Positions 60,746 through 64,000 of a stretch of 64,000 nucleotides of DNA are shown here, piece by piece. Within the stretch, counting starts at the first letter, position 1. The number at the start of each line of letters is the position of its first letter. Under the pieces are notes generated by a model. It was not told the DNA's origin. It searched no databases and worked only from the letters and a program-made list of their open reading frames with translations. Origin of the DNA: Candidatus Aminicenantes bacterium (GTDB lineage: Bacteria; Acidobacteriota; Aminicenantia; Aminicenantales; UBA4085). The stretch lies in the NCBI GenBank assembly GCA_963715635.1, contig OY970261.1, forward strand, positions 2,161,011 to 2,225,010. Direction: 5' to 3'. A program made the position numbers and the translations under genes.

Positions 60746-61815
60746 TTGGGTTTCTCCCAGCTTCTTGACGGCTGCCGGGGACGGCGAAAGAGCCTTGGAA
60801 AGTCTTTGCGCGAGGAGACGTCCAAGAGGTCCCGTAAGCGGGCTTTAAATTCTTTTTCATCCTTGAACCGGAAGGCCGCTTCCATGTCGTCCGTTTCAAA
60901 ATAGGGAGCCGTCTCGACGGCAATTCCCTTCGGCCAGTGAAGCTCCTTCAGCGCCGATTGGAAGCGCTCTCCCCAAGCGGTCAAGTGGGGAAAGCGCTCT
61001 CTCCGCAGGGCAAGGCGGACGCGCTCGGATTTTTGCACGGGCGGCCATTTTTTGGATCGGAGGATAGCTTGAATTTCTGGCCCGCGCAGAATTCTTCCGG
61101 GAGATATGCGTCTCCTTCTGGAAATTTCCAAGAGGTCCTCCAGCACCTCTTTTTGCTTGTTCTGGCCGAGCGGAAGGAGCAAGGGCATCATGTCTTTCAA
61201 ATCGTGGGCCGTGAATTCTGCGAACATTTGGGCCAGGGAAAAAGGCAGGCTTTTCTCGGCAATCATTTTCTTGACCAAGGGTTGGAGCGTTGCGATCGTG
61301 AGATAGCCGTCTCGATAGATGGCTGTCGGCGGGATATGAAGAAGCGGCATGACCTCCGTCATCGTCCCGGATTTTGGCAGGCCGAAGGCCTGAAGCCTGG
61401 ATAGGATCTCAGCCTTTTCCAGGAGGGAAAATTCCCGGACGCTGAGGTTTTTATACAGGGCAAACAAAAAGGCCTTGAGGTCATCGGCCTCGTCCAGAAT
61501 GAACACTGGCAGGCGCATCATCCGAAGCTTGAGGCAGGCGGCCACTCTCTTCCATCCGGAAACGAGGACGAAACGGCCGCCGCGGACCGTGACGATGGGC
61601 GGGTGAAGGAGACCGATTTTCCGGATGGAAAGAATCAGGGGGTCGAGGGCGGGAAACTCCGAGATCCTGAACCTCTTGTCTTCGAGGTCCAAATCATGAA
61701 TGTCCAGCACCTTCGGCTCGAAAATTTTCATCATAACCGGCAGCCGCTCTATTTTAATTTTTCCTTTCGACAAATTGCAATGTCCAGCCGAATCTGCTAT
61801 TTTTATTCTCCTCAA
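60742..61815 (-). CDS. Hypothetical protein with ParB/Srx-like N-terminal domain (357 aa)
   Basis: LHPPIVTVRGGRFVLVSGWKRVAA resembles the ParB-N fold motif. 4-nt overlap with the radical SAM gene. Confidence 0.4.
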   Translation of the reverse strand: MRRIKIADSAGHCNLSKGKIKIERLPVMMKIFEPKVLDIHDLDLEDKRFRISEFPALDPLILSIRKIGLLHPPIVTVRGGRFVLVSGWKRVAACLKLRMMRLPVFILDEADDLKAFLFALYKNLSVREFSLLEKAEILSRLQAFGLPKSGTMTEVMPLLHIPPTAIYRDGYLTIATLQPLVKKMIAEKSLPFSLAQMFAEFTAHDLKDMMPLLLPLGQNKQKEVLEDLLEISRRRRISPGRILRGPEIQAILRSKKWPPVQKSERVRLALRRERFPHLTAWGERFQSALKELHWPKGIAVETAPYFETDDMEAAFRFKDEKEFKARLRDLLDVSSRKDFPRLFRRPRQPSRSWEKPK

Positions 61816-62525
61816 TGAACGGATCTCCAGCGATCATCCGGCCGATGCCATTCAGGGGCTTTCAAAGAGAGCGCCTGATTTATGTGCCTGTGGACATCCC
61901 ATCCGGGCTCATAAAAAAATATCTCCGGGAGCACGCCGGCAAAGAGAAGGCAACCGACTGGGGGATCCTCTATTTGTTGAAGCATGCGGCCGTTTTATTC
62001 CAGGCCGTGGGTGCCCCGTTGGCCGTCCTCTCGCTGGAAAGACTGGCGGCTTCGGGCGCCAAAGAAATTTTAATCCTCGGCTTCTGCGGCTCCCTGAATC
62101 CCGATTACAAATTAGGGTCTGCGGTCAGCATTACCAAGGCTTGCGCCGAAGAAGGCACCTCCAGCCATTATTGCCCCGGCCAAAAGATTTTTCGCGCCTC
62201 TCTGCCGCTCCAAAAATCCATCGAGACCGGGCTGACCTCCAGGAAGCTTTCCTTCCTGCGGGGCGCCACGGTATCCATGGACGCTCCTTTCCGGGAAACC
62301 CCGGCCTGGCTCCGGATCATGCGGCAAAAAGGAATGGATGTCGTGGATATGGAGGCGTCTGCGGTATTTGCCCTGGCCCGTTTCCATGGGCTTCAGGCTG
62401 CCGCGTTGATGATCGTCAGCGATGAGTTAGTCTCCGGACGCTGGAAGAACGGCTTCTCCGACCCTCGGCTGCCCGTCAAGGCGCAGGACTATTTTTTCCC
62501 TTTTCTCGAAGGGCGGAGTTTTTGA
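61815..62525 (+). CDS. PNP_UDP_1-family nucleosidase (MTA/SAH nucleosidase or futalosine hydrolase-like)
   Basis: ILILGFCGSL...VDMEASAVFA conserved blocks. Confidence 0.55.
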   Translation: MNGSPAIIRPMPFRGFQRERLIYVPVDIPSGLIKKYLREHAGKEKATDWGILYLLKHAAVLFQAVGAPLAVLSLERLAASGAKEILILGFCGSLNPDYKLGSAVSITKACAEEGTSSHYCPGQKIFRASLPLQKSIETGLTSRKLSFLRGATVSMDAPFRETPAWLRIMRQKGMDVVDMEASAVFALARFHGLQAAALMIVSDELVSGRWKNGFSDPRLPVKAQDYFFPFLEGRSF

Positions 62526-63484
62526 TGCGGCCAAAGGCTCTGGTGACGCATACGCTCCTCCCCGAAGCCATGGATTTCCTGGCGCAGCATGTAAATTTTG
62601 AAATCGGGGCGGAAGGGGAAGACCTGCCAAAACCGGACCTCATCCGGAAGGTGCGGGACAAGGAAGGCATCCTGAGCCTCTTGACCGTTGATATCGACCG
62701 GGACGTCATGGATGCGGCGCCCCGGCTCAAAATCATCGCCAACTGCGCCGTCGGCTACGACAATATTGACATCGATCATGCCAAGCAAAAGGGAATCCTC
62801 GTCACCAACACCCCGGGTGTATTAACAGAAACGACGGCCGACCTGACCTGGGCTTTGATCCTGGCCGTGGCCCGCAAAATTCCTCAAGCCGACCGCTTCA
62901 CAAAGAGCGGGGCTTTTGCGGGCTGGAAGCTTGACCTGTTTCTAGGCCAAGAAGTCACGGGGAAGAGGCTGGGGATCATCGGGCTGGGAAGAATCGGGAA
63001 AGCGGTCGCAGAGCGCGCCAAGGGTTTCAAGATGGATGTCGTTTATTATGATCATCGGCGACTATCCGCAGAGGAAGAAAAAGCCATCGGAGCATGCTAT
63101 CAGCCTCTTGACGAGCTTCTCCGGACTTCGGATATTGTCTCGGTCCATGCCTCGATGACAGAGGGATCTCATCATCTCCTGTCCAGGGATAAACTGGGCC
63201 TCATGAAAAGGGAGGCCATTCTCATCAACGCCGCCCGCGGCCCGATTGTCGACGAACAGGCCCTGGCCGATGCCCTGGGCAGCGACAAAATCTGGGGCGC
63301 AGGCCTGGATGTCTATGAGCGCGAACCCGCCGTCGAGGAGAGATTGCTGAGGCTGGACAACGTTGTCCTTCTCCCCCATGTCGGGAGCGCGACGTACGAA
63401 ACTCGCTTGAAAATGGCGATGATGGCGGCGACAAATCTCGTAGCAGTTTTGAGGGGAGAACAGCCGCGCAATCCCGTGTTCTAG
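62522..63484 (+). CDS. D-isomer-specific 2-hydroxyacid dehydrogenase (glyoxylate/hydroxypyruvate reductase-like)
   Basis: NAD-binding GIIGLGRIGKAVA, catalytic R/E/H arrangement, 320 aa. Confidence 0.85.
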   Translation: MMRPKALVTHTLLPEAMDFLAQHVNFEIGAEGEDLPKPDLIRKVRDKEGILSLLTVDIDRDVMDAAPRLKIIANCAVGYDNIDIDHAKQKGILVTNTPGVLTETTADLTWALILAVARKIPQADRFTKSGAFAGWKLDLFLGQEVTGKRLGIIGLGRIGKAVAERAKGFKMDVVYYDHRRLSAEEEKAIGACYQPLDELLRTSDIVSVHASMTEGSHHLLSRDKLGLMKREAILINAARGPIVDEQALADALGSDKIWGAGLDVYEREPAVEERLLRLDNVVLLPHVGSATYETRLKMAMMAATNLVAVLRGEQPRNPVF

Positions 63485-64000
63485 TTCTTCAAGCGCAGCG
63501 CTTCATTCAGGCTGCCTGTCCTGTATCCGGCCAGGTCCAAGGTGACATAAAGATAGCCTATTTTTTTCAGATACCCAACAATCTTCTCGCGCGTCCCGGG
63601 CCGGATGGCCTTGGCAAACTCCTCGGGCCCGATTTCCAGGCGGGCGATACGGCCGTGATGGCGCACCCGGAGCTGTCCAAAGCCGAGCGTCCTCAAAAAA
63701 TCTTCAGCCCGTCCCACCTGCTTCAAGCTCCTTTTGTCGATTTGCGTGTGATAAGGAAAACGGGAAGCCAGGCAGGCCAGAGATGGTTTGTTCCAGGTGG
63801 GGAGCCCGTACGACATGGAAATTTGGCGGATGTCTCTCTTGGTCAGTCCCGACTCTTTGAGCGGCGACCGGACGCCGAGCTCCCTGCCGGCCTTTGCTCC
63901 GGGCCGGAAATCACCTACGTCATCAACGTTCTGACCGTCCAGGACATAGGCGATCCCCTCCTTTCGAGCGATATTTTTCAGCCTGGAGAACAACTCCCGC
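63481..64000 (-). CDS. PP-loop ATP-utilising enzyme, LarE/TIGR00268-like (C-terminal part; N-terminus beyond window)
   Basis: CLASRFPYHTQI and RVRHHGRIARLE blocks. Confidence 0.55.
   Translation of the reverse strand, partial: RELFSRLKNIARKEGIAYVLDGQNVDDVGDFRPGAKAGRELGVRSPLKESGLTKRDIRQISMSYGLPTWNKPSLACLASRFPYHTQIDKRSLKQVGRAEDFLRTLGFGQLRVRHHGRIARLEIGPEEFAKAIRPGTREKIVGYLKKIGYLYVTLDLAGYRTGSLNEALRLKN

Overview
This is a high-GC bacterial contig (coding style resembles Acidobacteria-like lineages) whose middle ~38 kb is an accessory region built on one tRNA-Arg(CCT) gene. I could not run BLAST, HMM, tRNAscan or GC-window scans, so every family assignment rests on motifs read by eye. Coordinates of the non-coding repeats are approximate to within a few nt.

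Layout:
- Left flank (1-1904): the 5' end of a Hanks-type Ser/Thr kinase-TPR gene on the minus strand.
- 2.04-29.3 kb: at least four ~190-bp repeat units (2040, 3525, 6812, 14190). Each is a tRNA-Arg 3' half (positions ~27-76) plus a conserved iteron-bearing arm (TTAAGC x4, GTGACAC x2, a GGGAAAAA..TTTTCCCC hairpin). A fifth copy of the arm at 15485 is joined to a different tRNA-like 3' end. I read this as a tandem array of integrative islands inserted into the tRNA 3' half, older ones decayed.
- Island cargo: a Ser/Thr kinase-TPR paralog plus a kinase fragment; secreted proteins and an ankyrin protein; an AT-rich 4-gene cassette (PD-(D/E)xK nuclease, TM protein, Zn-ribbon, RNxxxH HEPN protein); an AT-rich 3-gene cassette of unknowns; and a beta-class DNA MTase fused to an Mrr-like nuclease domain, in an operon with a TPR protein and small Cys-rich proteins, separated by ~100-bp intergenic repeats carrying the palindrome GCGATCAATCGC. 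A second HEPN-like protein and a phage-like regulatory module (XRE, iterons, tyrosine integrase) sit next to the complete tRNA.
- 29314-29391: the complete tRNA-Arg(CCT), minus strand, flanked on both sides by tyrosine integrases.
- 29.4-40.0 kb: a satellite/PICI-like element. It carries the second integrase, AlpA-type HTH genes, XRE regulators, a RepA/AAA_25 helicase with downstream iteron origin, terminase large (+small?) subunits and a ClpP-like protease, but no capsid or tail genes. It ends at a displaced tRNA-Arg 5' half (positions 1-43; 40004-40046). This implies integration through the 5' half of the same tRNA, which is unusual.
- 40.1-64 kb: core genes. These are an MscS channel fused to a cNMP-binding domain, an MBL-fold (class II PDE-like) hydrolase, a CHASE2 adenylate cyclase, an M48 peptidase, RecD2, a frameshifted SAM hydroxide adenosyltransferase, LepB, YchF, Tgt, YajC-SecD-SecF, TonB-ExbB-ExbD, a radical-SAM SPL-like protein, a 2-hydroxyacid dehydrogenase and a partial LarE-like gene.
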